Below, piece by piece: positions 54,166 through 63,646 of a stretch of 64,000 nucleotides of DNA. This stretch comes from Acidimicrobiia bacterium (GTDB lineage Bacteria > Actinomycetota > Acidimicrobiia > Spongiisociales > ZC4RG35). The stretch is taken from the NCBI GenBank assembly GCA_028284765.1, contig JANQRA010000002.1, forward strand, positions 179,832 to 243,831. The letters run 5' to 3'. Numbering within the stretch: position 1 is the first letter of the stretch; every line of letters starts with the position of its first letter. The translations under genes were made by a program, and so were the position numbers. The notes under the pieces were generated by a model. That model ran no database searches, was not told the origin of the DNA, and saw nothing but the letters and a program-made list of their open reading frames with translations.

Positions 54166-55130
54166 GCGAGAGCTGAGGCCACTCGGCCCGGCAGTTCCTT
54201 CTCCGCACTGTCCTTGGCCATGATCAAGGCGTTGCAGATCGCTTTCCGTGATGAGCTCCCATGCGCGATCAGAACCGAGCCCTTCACCCCGAGCAGCTGG
54301 GCACCGCCATAGGTCTCCCAGTCCATGCGCTCACGCACTGAGGCGAGGGCGGGCATAACTGCTTGTTGAACCTCCGGGGGAAGACTCGAAACGGCCTCGA
54401 GGACATAGCGCGAGATGAGAGCAGCTGTGCCCTCGGTGGTCTTCAAAAACACGTTGCCGGTGAAGCCGTCAGTGACGATCACGTCGACCTTGTCGGTAGC
54501 CACATCCCGGCCTTCGATGTTCCCGACGAATTGCAACTGGCTTGCCTCGAGGAGCTCGTATGACTCCCGTTCGAGGTCACGCCCTTTTCCCTTTTCCTCA
54601 CCGATCGAGAGAAGACCCACCCGAGCCGGATCAGCCCCCAATAGGGCCTCTGCGGCCACCGAACCCATCACCGCGAACTGCAGCAGCTGTGAAGCCTTCA
54701 CGTCCGGGTTGGCCCCCGAATCCAGGACGAGGGTTGGCGAACCGGGCGTGGGAAAGGTGCTGGCGATCGCGGGCCTCGAAACACCTTCGATACGCCCGAT
54801 GATGATTGCTGCGGCTGCCATCGCCGCTCCGGTCGAGCCCGCCGAGACGAATCCGTCGGCCTCTCCCCCGGCCACAAGCTTCGCGGAGACTACGACGGAG
54901 GCGTCGGGCTTTTCCCGTAGCGCTCGCGCAGGATCGTCGCCCATGCCAACGACGTCGGGTGCGTGAACAATTGGAAGAGTTGATTCATGTTTGTCTAGCT
55001 CGGCTTGGAGCTGACTCTCTGCACCCACCAGGGCCACGTCAACGCCCTTCTGGGCGGCGTCGACCGCACCTGCAACCAATTCAGACGGGGCGTGATCTCC
55101 CCCCATCGCGTCTAGGGCGATGCGGGCCAA
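54162..55130 (-). CDS. plsX: Phosphate acyltransferase PlsX
   Basis: 322 aa, MARIALDAMGGDHAP…. Confidence 0.93.
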   Translation of the reverse strand: MARIALDAMGGDHAPSELVAGAVDAAQKGVDVALVGAESQLQAELDKHESTLPIVHAPDVVGMGDDPARALREKPDASVVVSAKLVAGGEADGFVSAGSTGAAMAAAAIIIGRIEGVSRPAIASTFPTPGSPTLVLDSGANPDVKASQLLQFAVMGSVAAEALLGADPARVGLLSIGEEKGKGRDLERESYELLEASQLQFVGNIEGRDVATDKVDVIVTDGFTGNVFLKTTEGTAALISRYVLEAVSSLPPEVQQAVMPALASVRERMDWETYGGAQLLGVKGSVLIAHGSSSRKAICNALIMAKDSAEKELPGRVASALA

Positions 55131-55133
55131 TGC

Positions 55134-55319
55134 TCAGTTGGTCTCGATGACTTCGCGACCGGCGTAGGTACCGCATTCGCGACAGGCTCGATGCGGAAGC
55201 TTGGGCATACCGCATTGCTCGCAGTCAACCGAGCGCGGTGCCTTGACCTTCCATGCGGCCTTGCGCTGACGGGTACGTGAGCGCGACATCTTCTTCTTGG
55301 GTACCGCCATTTGGGGCAC
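55134..55319 (-). CDS. rpmF: 50S ribosomal protein L32
   Basis: MAVPKKKMSRSRTRQRKA… with a CxxC…CxxC zinc ribbon. Confidence 0.93.
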   Translation of the reverse strand: MPQMAVPKKKMSRSRTRQRKAAWKVKAPRSVDCEQCGMPKLPHRACRECGTYAGREVIETN

Positions 55320-55332
55320 TCCTCCAGGTCAA

Positions 55333-55824
55333 TCAGGAATCGAACAGATCTTTGAGAGCGGCAAATGGAGAGTCGGAATCGTCCCCATGGCCGTCACACG
55401 GAGCACTATTCAAGTCGGTTCCGCACGCTGGGCAAAGTCCCTTGCAGTCGGATTGGCATATCGGGGCCGCGGGAAGGGCCAACGCCAGCTCGTCGATGGC
55501 CGGAGAACCAACATCAACAGCGTTGTCCGAGATGGCGTAGCCATCCTCATCGGCGACCTTGCCGAAGTGCTGACTTCCCTCGACAGTCATCTCGTCCCGC
55601 CATGAAGTGAGACAGCGGACGCAGACCAAATCGACCGGGGCAGCGGCTTCGAACTCCACCTGAACCCCATCGACCGTGCCGGTGACGGTGCCAGACACTC
55701 CAACGTCGCCATTGACTTTGGCGTCGCCCAGCCTCAGCTTGGCCTGACGCGCGCCGTTGAATTTCCGGCTGGCTCCGAGATGTCCGACCAGGTCACCTAT
55801 GTCTATGACCAGGTCGTCACGCAT
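55333..55824 (-). CDS. yceD: YceD/DUF177 family protein
   Basis: 163 aa with the C-terminal …CQSDCKGLCPACGTDLN… motif. Conserved upstream of rpmF. Confidence 0.85.
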   Translation of the reverse strand: MRDDLVIDIGDLVGHLGASRKFNGARQAKLRLGDAKVNGDVGVSGTVTGTVDGVQVEFEAAAPVDLVCVRCLTSWRDEMTVEGSQHFGKVADEDGYAISDNAVDVGSPAIDELALALPAAPICQSDCKGLCPACGTDLNSAPCDGHGDDSDSPFAALKDLFDS

Positions 55825-56390
55825 CAGATTGGAACTTCAGGCGGCTTAGGGCGCGCCTGATGAAATTCGGCGCGGGCGCCTTGGACCTGTGCTGACAGCT
55901 CGACGAGAAGATGTTCCATCTTCTGCAGCTTCCTATCGACATCGTCTTCGGATTCGAGCCGCAGCCGTCGAGCATCACCTTCCGCCCGACGAACGAGGAT
56001 GTTGGCCTCTTCCACGGCCTCAGCCACGATGTTCGACTCCGAGACCATCGCATCGGCTTCGGTCCGAGCGGCCCCAACGATTTCGCGAGCTTTCTCGTTT
56101 GTCCTCGCTATGAACGCCTCGCGTTCCCGGACCATCCAGCGAGCGGCTCTCAGATCATCGGGAAGGTTCTTCCGCAGGGTCTCGAGCTTGGACAGGAACA
56201 CTTCGCGATCAACAAGAGCGTTCGAAGAGAGAGGCATCATCTTGGCCTCGTGGAGGTGCACGATCAGATCGTCGACGATGTCCAGGATGTCCTCGACCTC
56301 CGGAGGCTGACCCTCCGGATGAATCTCGGTGACGTCAGCTGTGGCGTCGATGACAACCTCAGGCTCGGTGTGGGTGGATTCTGATGTCAT
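55824..56390 (-). CDS. Coiled-coil protein of unknown function
   Basis: 188 aa with an acidic N-terminus and a long heptad-like region. Sits in the conserved coaD-…-yceD interval. Confidence 0.45.
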   Translation of the reverse strand: MTSESTHTEPEVVIDATADVTEIHPEGQPPEVEDILDIVDDLIVHLHEAKMMPLSSNALVDREVFLSKLETLRKNLPDDLRAARWMVREREAFIARTNEKAREIVGAARTEADAMVSESNIVAEAVEEANILVRRAEGDARRLRLESEDDVDRKLQKMEHLLVELSAQVQGARAEFHQARPKPPEVPI

Positions 56391-56854
56391 GACAGTTTCT
56401 CCTTCAGTGCTTTTTCAACGACATCGGGGACCAGTCCGCCCACTGACCCTCCTAGTTTGGCGATCTCTTTGACGAGCGAGGACGAGATGTATGCGAGCTC
56501 GGGCTTCGTCGGGAGAAAAACTGTCTCCATGCCACTCAGATGGCGATTCATCTGTGCCATCTGCAGCTCGTATTCGTAGTCCTCGACCGTTCGTAGGCCT
56601 TTCACGACCGTGTCGGCGCCCTGCTCGGTGACATGATCGACGATCAGCCCGCTGAACCTCGTCACATCAACCCGATCACCGTAGATCTCAGACCAAAGAG
56701 CGACCCGTTCCTCAGCGGTGAACATTGCGTCCTTCGACGGATTGTCGATCACGGCGACGATCACGCGATCGAAGAGGCTCAACGCCCGATCGATCACGTC
56801 GATGTGACCGCTCGTAGGCGGGTCAAAACTCCCGGGACAGAGTGCCGTCGTCAT
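56387..56854 (-). CDS. coaD: Phosphopantetheine adenylyltransferase
   Basis: Internal start MTTALCPGSFDPPTSGHIDVIDRA…; the upstream track extension overlaps rsmD. Confidence 0.9.
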   Translation of the reverse strand: MTTALCPGSFDPPTSGHIDVIDRALSLFDRVIVAVIDNPSKDAMFTAEERVALWSEIYGDRVDVTRFSGLIVDHVTEQGADTVVKGLRTVEDYEYELQMAQMNRHLSGMETVFLPTKPELAYISSSLVKEIAKLGGSVGGLVPDVVEKALKEKLS

Positions 56855-57395
56855 CGTCGTCAACCTTTTCGTATCTGATGATTCTGGTATCCCCGTAGCG
56901 CTTATTCGCGGCAACTCGCCAGGTTTCGGGGGTGTTTGGCTCTTGATCAGAAGCTCGTCGTGACGTAACGACCAAGGCGCCTGGTGCAAGCATCCGATCA
57001 AGAGCGGCCAGGCTTTCATCCAGATCTGCGGTCGGCAGGGGCCATGGAGGATCGATGAACACCAAGTCAAACTCCACATCGGCCGTTGCGAGGTATGCGC
57101 TGACGGATCTCGCAACCACCTCTCCTCCGATGCCAATCTCCGAAACGTTGGATTTGAGCGCGCTCAACGCCTTGCGACCATTTTCGACAAAGACAGCACT
57201 TGCGGCGCCGCGCGAGAGCGCCTCCAGACCGAAGGACCCGGTGCCTGCGTACAGATCCGCAACCCGGGTCTCCTTGACCCGGCTCCCGAGGCTCGAAAAC
57301 ACGGCTTCACGTACCCGGTCTGTCGCCGGTCGGGTGGCCATCGTGTCCGGCGTCTTCAAGCGGCGACCGCCTGCCTTGCCTGCGATTATCCGCAT
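56823..57395 (-). CDS. rsmD: 16S rRNA (guanine966-N2)-methyltransferase RsmD
   Basis: MRIIAGKAGGRRLKTP… and the DPPW motif (FIDPPWP). Confidence 0.88.
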   Translation of the reverse strand: MRIIAGKAGGRRLKTPDTMATRPATDRVREAVFSSLGSRVKETRVADLYAGTGSFGLEALSRGAASAVFVENGRKALSALKSNVSEIGIGGEVVARSVSAYLATADVEFDLVFIDPPWPLPTADLDESLAALDRMLAPGALVVTSRRASDQEPNTPETWRVAANKRYGDTRIIRYEKVDDDDDGTLSREF

Positions 57396-59551
57396 CAGGA
57401 CACAAACAGCCAGTCGACCTCGGAACCATGGAAGGCGAGAACCTCGTCTCTGAGGTCCCGGTGCTCTTCCAAACCCGGATCTGAGTCGACCATGGCAAAC
57501 GCGTCTCGTCGCGCACCCACGAGGATGTCGAAGTCGGACAGGATGTCGGTGATCTTCAAATCCTTCACACCTGACTGTCGGGTCCCGAAAACCGTTCCTT
57601 GCCCGCGGATCCGAAGGTCCTCTTCAGCAAGTCGAAACCCATCCGTCGTCGCAACCATGGCCGCAATCCGATCTTCACCCTCGGTGGTGGTGGGATCAGC
57701 GAGCAGGATGCACCGGCCCGGGTGCTTCCCACGCCCAACGCGGCCACGGAGCTGGTGCAGCTGACTCAGACCGAATCGTTGAGCATCTTCGATCACCATG
57801 ACGGTTGCGTTGGGAACATCTATCCCGACTTCGATGACAGTTGTGGCGACAAGCACGTCGATCTCGCCGGAGCGATAGGCCGCCATGACCGCTTCTTTGT
57901 CGGCGGACCTCATCTGCCCGTGAATCAGCCCGACTCTCAAATCGGACATCAGTGCGCTGAGACGCTCGAACTCGGCCGTGGCAGAGGCCGCTTCGACCTT
58001 GGGGCTGTCGTCTACGAGTGGGCAGACCACAAACGCTTGACGACCCTTCTCGACCTGGTGAGAAACAACCTCCCAAGCTTTGGCTTCGTCGAGCTTCGAG
58101 AGCGCCTTCGTTGCTACGGGGGTCCGCCCAGGCGGCATCTCGTCGATGATCGAAACGTCGAGGTCTCCATACAGCGTCATCGAGAGTGTCCGCGGAATCG
58201 GTGTGGCCGTCATGATCAGGACATCAGGCTCAGCCTCTCCCGCCTTTTCCTTGAGAAGCACCCGTTGGGCTACTCCGAACCTGTGTTGCTCGTCAATCAC
58301 AGCCACACCCAGGCGGCTGAACTCCACTCCTTCCTGAATGAGGGCGTGAGTCCCAACGACGAGGTCGACTTGACCTGAAGCAATGTCGTCAGCCAGTTGC
58401 TGTCGTGTGATTTCGGCGTCGTAGTTGGCGACTGCGGTGGAGCCTGTGAGTAATCCGACATGAACTGCGGGGCCACCACCGTCGAACAGGCTCTCCATCC
58501 CGAGATGAGAACCGAGCCCGGGTGATAGACTGGCATCCGCAAGCAAGCTGCGGACTCCTAGGTAGTGCTGCTCAGCCAGCACCTCGGTCGGTGCCATCAG
58601 AGCGCCCTGCCATCCTCCTTCTACGCCGCGCAACAAAGTGGCCACTGCCACGACCGTCTTCCCTGAGCCGACTTCCCCCTGAAGCAGACGATGCATTGGA
58701 TAGCGGGTGCCGAGGTCAGACTCGATCTCTTCGAGCACCTTCCGCTGAGCGCGGGTCAGCTCGTAGGGAAGCCCGGCAACGAATCGACTGACTAGTTCTC
58801 CATCGAACTTGTGAACTATCCCCTGCGAAGTCTCCATCTGATGTCTCTTCTGCATGGCCAGGGCTAGTTCGAGCCGGAACAGCTCGTCGTAGACGAGGCG
58901 CTTGCGGGCCGGAGCTGCCTGCTCTACCTCTTCCGGGAAGTGGATCGTCTCGAAGGCAGCACCCCGGTCCATCAACCCATTGGCAGCCAGAAGTTCCGTC
59001 GGCACTGGGTCGGGCATGGGAAGCGATCGGCCAATCGCATTGTGGATCGCGCGGCGAAGGTAGCCGGGACCAACACCCCCGACAGTGGAGTGCACCGGCA
59101 CGACGCGACCCACTGTCAGACCTTCTGTTTGATTGGCGAGAACGTCGACTTCGGGGCTCTTCATCTGCAAAGAACCTCTGAAGGCTTCGACCTTCCCGCT
59201 CAAGGCAACTTCGGTGGCCGACTGCAGCTGTCGAACCCGGAAACTCTGATTGAACCAAACCGCTTTCATCTGGGCCGATTCGTCCTTGATGACTGCCTCG
59301 ATGATGTGGAGGTTGCGGCGAGGTCTTCGATCTTTGACCGAGACGACCTCCCCCAGAATCGTCACTTCCTGATCGATCGGGACCTTCGAGATCGGGGACC
59401 GACGAGAACGGTCGATGTACCGGCGAGGAACGTGGTGCAACAGGTCACTGACGGAGCCGATGCCTGCCTTGCGCAGGCTTTCAGAGCGTTTGCCTCCGAG
59501 TCCTTTCACGGCGGAGACATCGACTTGGACGAGTTTGGCGAGGGTGGCCAC
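57395..59551 (-). CDS. recG: ATP-dependent DNA helicase RecG
   Basis: 718 aa with a wedge domain and a helicase core: GEVGSGKTVVA, DEQHRFG. Confidence 0.93.
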   Translation of the reverse strand: MATLAKLVQVDVSAVKGLGGKRSESLRKAGIGSVSDLLHHVPRRYIDRSRRSPISKVPIDQEVTILGEVVSVKDRRPRRNLHIIEAVIKDESAQMKAVWFNQSFRVRQLQSATEVALSGKVEAFRGSLQMKSPEVDVLANQTEGLTVGRVVPVHSTVGGVGPGYLRRAIHNAIGRSLPMPDPVPTELLAANGLMDRGAAFETIHFPEEVEQAAPARKRLVYDELFRLELALAMQKRHQMETSQGIVHKFDGELVSRFVAGLPYELTRAQRKVLEEIESDLGTRYPMHRLLQGEVGSGKTVVAVATLLRGVEGGWQGALMAPTEVLAEQHYLGVRSLLADASLSPGLGSHLGMESLFDGGGPAVHVGLLTGSTAVANYDAEITRQQLADDIASGQVDLVVGTHALIQEGVEFSRLGVAVIDEQHRFGVAQRVLLKEKAGEAEPDVLIMTATPIPRTLSMTLYGDLDVSIIDEMPPGRTPVATKALSKLDEAKAWEVVSHQVEKGRQAFVVCPLVDDSPKVEAASATAEFERLSALMSDLRVGLIHGQMRSADKEAVMAAYRSGEIDVLVATTVIEVGIDVPNATVMVIEDAQRFGLSQLHQLRGRVGRGKHPGRCILLADPTTTEGEDRIAAMVATTDGFRLAEEDLRIRGQGTVFGTRQSGVKDLKITDILSDFDILVGARRDAFAMVDSDPGLEEHRDLRDEVLAFHGSEVDWLFVS

Positions 59552-59644
59552 CGCTCAACCGTACCTTTGGACTGGGAATTGCAAGGCGGTTCGCGTTATC
59601 ATGCGGACCTCTGAGGATCCCCTCGCTCACCAGGAGTATTTGTC

Positions 59645-59833
59645 ATGTCTTATAGGTGCGAGATCTGCGGCAAGGAGCCGAGCTACGGCAAGTCCGTCAG
59701 CTTCTCTCACAAGCGCAACAACCGTCGTTGGTTGCCCAACATCCAGAAGATTCGGGTCAAGGACGGTTCCAACACGCGTCGAGCCCGCGTGTGCACGTCG
59801 TGCATTCGCGCCGGCAAAGTCGTCAAGGCTTAG
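59645..59833 (+). CDS. rpmB: 50S ribosomal protein L28
   Basis: [34 protein letters not shown]…. Confidence 0.93.
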   Translation: MSYRCEICGKEPSYGKSVSFSHKRNNRRWLPNIQKIRVKDGSNTRRARVCTSCIRAGKVVKA

Positions 59834-59839
59834 CGAACG

Positions 59840-60055
59840 ATGAATCAGGGCGTCGTCAAGTCCTACGACCCGATCACAGGCATCGGGATCGTCGTTCGCG
59901 ACAAAGACCGGGGCGAGGTGTTTCTGCGACCCGGATCTCTCAAGGACTCCGTGTTCCGGACTCTTCGTCAGGGTCAGCGCATCATCTTCGAGACCGTTGA
60001 AGAGGACGACCGAACCTTCATTACTTCCGTTCGACTCGGCCAAGACGGCTACTAA
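59840..60055 (+). CDS. Cold-shock-domain-like small protein (divergent CSD)
   Basis: GVVKSYDPITGIGIVVRDKDRGEVFL resembles the CSD RNP1 region, but with Y and I in place of W and F. Confidence 0.45.
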   Translation: MNQGVVKSYDPITGIGIVVRDKDRGEVFLRPGSLKDSVFRTLRQGQRIIFETVEEDDRTFITSVRLGQDGY

Positions 60056-60101
60056 CGCGCCCGATTCACAGACCGAGTAATGTCGCTCGCTCGCAGAGCG
60101 A

Positions 60102-60347
60102 TTGGAGAATCACTTGGTCCAGGCGTACGTCCTGATCCAGACGGAGGTCGGCAAGGCCGCCGTTGTTGCAGAAGAAGTCCGAAACATCCCCGGCGTCGAG
60201 ACCGCTGACGACGTGACCGGCCCCTACGACGTAATCGTCAGAGCTTCGAGTGACGACGTTGACTCACTCGGCAAGCTCGTTGTCGCAAAGATTCAGGGAG
60301 TGGACGGGATCACCCGCACGCTCACCTGCCCCGTAGTACACCTCTAA
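60102..60347 (+). CDS. Stand-alone Lrp/AsnC ligand-binding (RAM) domain protein
   Basis: 81 aa with a βαββαβ RAM-like pattern. No HTH present. Confidence 0.55.
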   Translation: MENHLVQAYVLIQTEVGKAAVVAEEVRNIPGVETADDVTGPYDVIVRASSDDVDSLGKLVVAKIQGVDGITRTLTCPVVHL

Positions 60348-60351
60348 GGCT

Positions 60352-61428
60352 CTAGCCCAGTTTCGAGGAGATGGCGCCGGCGCTACGGAGCGCCGTTCCA
60401 TCGCTGCCGGCAGTCGAGAAGACCCTCGTGAGACTGCTGCGCGCCTCATCCGCCATGTCCGAGAAGAGTCGGGACCGTTCGATCGGTGGATCGATCCATA
60501 GGTATACAGCCATGGAGCCAGGGATGGTGTTGACCTCGTTGACGTAGACGACACCTTCACGCTCGAGATAGTCGATGCGAGCGATCCCACGCAGCCCAGC
60601 TACGTCGGTGACCCGTCGAGACAGATCGGCTATCTGCTTCTGCAGACTCTCATCCAGATTCGCTGGCAACTCGCGACCTCCGCTCACCTCCCCACCCCAA
60701 GCGAGGTATTTCTGGTCATAGGAGTAGATGCCGCCTTCGGCGCGAGCCGGTTCTTCGACCGCCGAGATCTGGAACCCCGGGTAGGTCCTGACCGCCACCT
60801 GCAAATCGCGGCTTCCTCCAAGGAATGGCTCCACGACCGCTCCTTGATCGAAGTAGCGAGAGCTTGCCTTCAACGCGATAACTGTTGCCCAATCGTCAGC
60901 CACTTCGATCCCGATCGAGGATCCTCCGAACCTGGGTTTGACGATGTAGGGCCCATCGAAACCTGGAGCGGGCTCCTCCCCTGTCTGCACCAGCGTCCGA
61001 TCGAGAGTTGGGAGGCCAGCCGAGGCCATGGAGGACCCGAAAGCCAGCTTGTCCATACCGAGGGCTGACGAAGCCTGACCCGGGCCCGTGTATCTGATAC
61101 CGGCCAGGTCGAACATGCCTTGCAGAGTGCCGTCTTCGCCGGGGCCGCCGTGACATGCGTTGATGACCACGCCGATACCAAGTGGCTTCCTCTTGACCAT
61201 GAATCCGAGGCCGGGTGCAGCGTGAAATGCGATCTCTTTCGACTTGCGTGGCACGCCATCCACGAAGTCAGCAGCTTCGAGATCGGCCTCGACGTGGTAC
61301 CAGTCCCCCGATTTGGACCAGTAGATCGCCTCAATTCCTTCGACTGCGCGTGCCACCTGGAGGCCGGTGAGGATAGAGATGTCGTGCTCGTCTGAAGGCC
61401 CGCCGAAAACAACGGCTGTGTCACTCAT
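60352..61428 (-). CDS. ddl: D-alanine--D-alanine ligase
   Basis: 358 aa, ATP-grasp fold. An N-terminal VVFGGPSDEHDISILTG pattern and a C-terminal …ARIDY…NEVNTIPG…. Confidence 0.9.
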   Translation of the reverse strand: MSDTAVVFGGPSDEHDISILTGLQVARAVEGIEAIYWSKSGDWYHVEADLEAADFVDGVPRKSKEIAFHAAPGLGFMVKRKPLGIGVVINACHGGPGEDGTLQGMFDLAGIRYTGPGQASSALGMDKLAFGSSMASAGLPTLDRTLVQTGEEPAPGFDGPYIVKPRFGGSSIGIEVADDWATVIALKASSRYFDQGAVVEPFLGGSRDLQVAVRTYPGFQISAVEEPARAEGGIYSYDQKYLAWGGEVSGGRELPANLDESLQKQIADLSRRVTDVAGLRGIARIDYLEREGVVYVNEVNTIPGSMAVYLWIDPPIERSRLFSDMADEARSSLTRVFSTAGSDGTALRSAGAISSKLG

Positions 61429-62861
61429 GGGTAATGGTCCGGAAGATCGTTCTCATATAGGACTGCGTCACCAGGCCCAAGGTTATTGCCAACCCACTCC
61501 ACGGCCTCGTCACGTGATGCCACGACCGTAACTGAGGCAGGTCCGTTGGCAGAACCTGCGAGCAACGCTTTTCGATTGGTCCTGCCCACCACGATGATGT
61601 CGTCAGCAACGGCAGCTGCTTCCCGGGCAAACCGCTCATTCTCATCCGCCTGTAACGGACCGAGCTCCACCATGCCCGGCGTCACCACAACCTTGCGACC
61701 GCCGGCACCAACTTCTTGCAAGACCTCGAGCGCTCGTCGCGCACCATCGGGGTTGGAGTTGAACGTGTCGTCGACAATCTTGAATCCTGACGCGCTGGCC
61801 AGAATCGTCTGGCGATGTTCGGTGGCGGGAAGCGTCTCAACCTTCGACAACATCTCGGACCGATCGACCCCCAGGGCTTCTCCGATTCCCAGCGCCACAG
61901 CCAGGTTCGCACCAAACACATCGTCCGGGGCGTCCACGTCTTTGGCCGAGACTTCCACGATCTCCAATTGATCGCGCAGTTGATATGCAGCCTGTGCGAG
62001 CACCGGGTAGTCGACGTTTATCACGCCGACTTCGGCCTTTTCGAAGATCTCTGCCTTCGATCTGACGATGTTCTCGATGGTCCCAAATCGTTCGAGATGG
62101 ACAGGACCGATGGCAACGAAAGCCGCCACATCGGGCGGAATCCACTCACAAAGCTCTGCGATCTCGCCGGGGCCGTAGGTGCCCATCTCAGCGATGAACA
62201 CCTCGGTGCCCGGCGTGAGGTTCTCATTGATCGCGCGTGCAAGACCCATGCGGTTGTTGAACGAGGCTGGGCTAGCAACCACACGCAAGGAACCTCCAAT
62301 GAGGTGCGCTAGGTAGTTCTTCGTGGATGTCTTGCCGTATGACCCGGTGATTGCAACGACTTTTGAACCGACCGCGTCGAGCTTGGCCGCCGCCTTGTCG
62401 ACCCACTGTTGACCTTCACGCTTCTCGTAGGAATCGAGAAACACGAGAACGAGGTCGATGACCGACGGCAGCAGAGCCAGCGGCAGAACAATCAGGAACG
62501 GAACACCGAACCAACCGCCGAGCACATAGAAGACGACCACGACCACACCGGTTGTGATCGCCAGTCTCCTCAGTCGGCCGGTCCAGGCGAGGGGCGAAGT
62601 CACGCCACGTATCGACAGCCCGATCGGACCGACTTGTGCGATCGCAACGAGAAACCCCCAGCGGGGATCGATGAGAGTTCCGATGAGGCCGACTCCGACC
62701 AGCGCTTCGAGGATCTTGTTGGCAAAGGAGACCGAAACCCAGCGCCGGCGGGCCTTGCCGACCTCGCCCGGGAGGTAATGCTCTCGTTGGGCAACACGCA
62801 GCCAGCGCAAGCCCGAAGGAACGGAGGCCAGGGCGCAGGCAGCCGCCAACAACCAGTTCAC
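61425..62861 (-). CDS. Mur-ligase-family protein (MurF-like central + C-terminal domains) with an N-terminal polytopic membrane domain in place of the usual substrate-binding domain
   Basis: Residues 1-150 or so are hydrophobic (about 4 TM). The Mur ligase P-loop ITGSYGKTSTKNYLAHLIGG and a MurF-like C-domain follow. Translationally coupled with ddl. Confidence 0.65.
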   Translation of the reverse strand: MNWLLAAACALASVPSGLRWLRVAQREHYLPGEVGKARRRWVSVSFANKILEALVGVGLIGTLIDPRWGFLVAIAQVGPIGLSIRGVTSPLAWTGRLRRLAITTGVVVVVFYVLGGWFGVPFLIVLPLALLPSVIDLVLVFLDSYEKREGQQWVDKAAAKLDAVGSKVVAITGSYGKTSTKNYLAHLIGGSLRVVASPASFNNRMGLARAINENLTPGTEVFIAEMGTYGPGEIAELCEWIPPDVAAFVAIGPVHLERFGTIENIVRSKAEIFEKAEVGVINVDYPVLAQAAYQLRDQLEIVEVSAKDVDAPDDVFGANLAVALGIGEALGVDRSEMLSKVETLPATEHRQTILASASGFKIVDDTFNSNPDGARRALEVLQEVGAGGRKVVVTPGMVELGPLQADENERFAREAAAVADDIIVVGRTNRKALLAGSANGPASVTVVASRDEAVEWVGNNLGPGDAVLYENDLPDHYP

Positions 62862-63646
62862 AGTGACTCCTCGATCGCAGCTCGCAGCTCATCGGGAGCC
62901 TGCGTCGGGACCCAGTGACCTACTCCGTCAAGCACAACCAGCGACGACTCGGGGAAGATGGTTGTGGCTCTGCGGGCCACGTCCACCGGAACTTCGAGGT
63001 CGTCTGCCCCCCAAACCAGGGCGACGTTGGCATTCACCTCTTTCATCTGCTCCTCATAAGACTCGTTCACGACCTTCACGAGAATGTCCCTCATCACACC
63101 CGTTGCCGCCCGGTAGTCGGCTGAGCCACGAGATCGCTTCAAAGCCTCCATCCGCTCGTCCGAGACCAGGCCGTACCGGTGCATGGCGCGGACCAGCCGA
63201 TACTGAAGAGGAGGTTTCTTTCGCGGCGTCGAACGGAGAAGCGGAACGCCGGTGAGCACCATTCGGCCCACCAAATCCGGCCTTCGAGCTGCAATACACA
63301 CCGAGACACGCCCACCAAAGGAGTGTCCAACAAGGACTGGAGGCCTATCGAGTTCTTCCAGGAATTCGATGACAATGTCGGCATAGCCCTCGGCCCCGAT
63401 GACGCTGTCGGGGGCAGGCGAAGCACCGAAACCTGGGAGGTCGAGTGCCACGGAATCCAATCCCTCTAGCGACGACGCAAAGTCCTTTCCACGCCTACCC
63501 CATCCATGCAAAGCGACCACCGTCGGTGCTTCGGTGCCAGCAACCTCCCCAAAAAGGGCGCCGTTGAGAAATGAACGCAAGGGCAATGAATCCTCGATCT
63601 GAGCCGCAGAAACGCCGAGAATACTTTTAGGCAAAGCCAAAACCAT
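62858..63646 (-). CDS. Alpha/beta hydrolase
   Basis: HGWG oxyanion region and a nucleophile elbow, GHSFGG. Confidence 0.8.
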   Translation of the reverse strand: MVLALPKSILGVSAAQIEDSLPLRSFLNGALFGEVAGTEAPTVVALHGWGRRGKDFASSLEGLDSVALDLPGFGASPAPDSVIGAEGYADIVIEFLEELDRPPVLVGHSFGGRVSVCIAARRPDLVGRMVLTGVPLLRSTPRKKPPLQYRLVRAMHRYGLVSDERMEALKRSRGSADYRAATGVMRDILVKVVNESYEEQMKEVNANVALVWGADDLEVPVDVARRATTIFPESSLVVLDGVGHWVPTQAPDELRAAIEESL

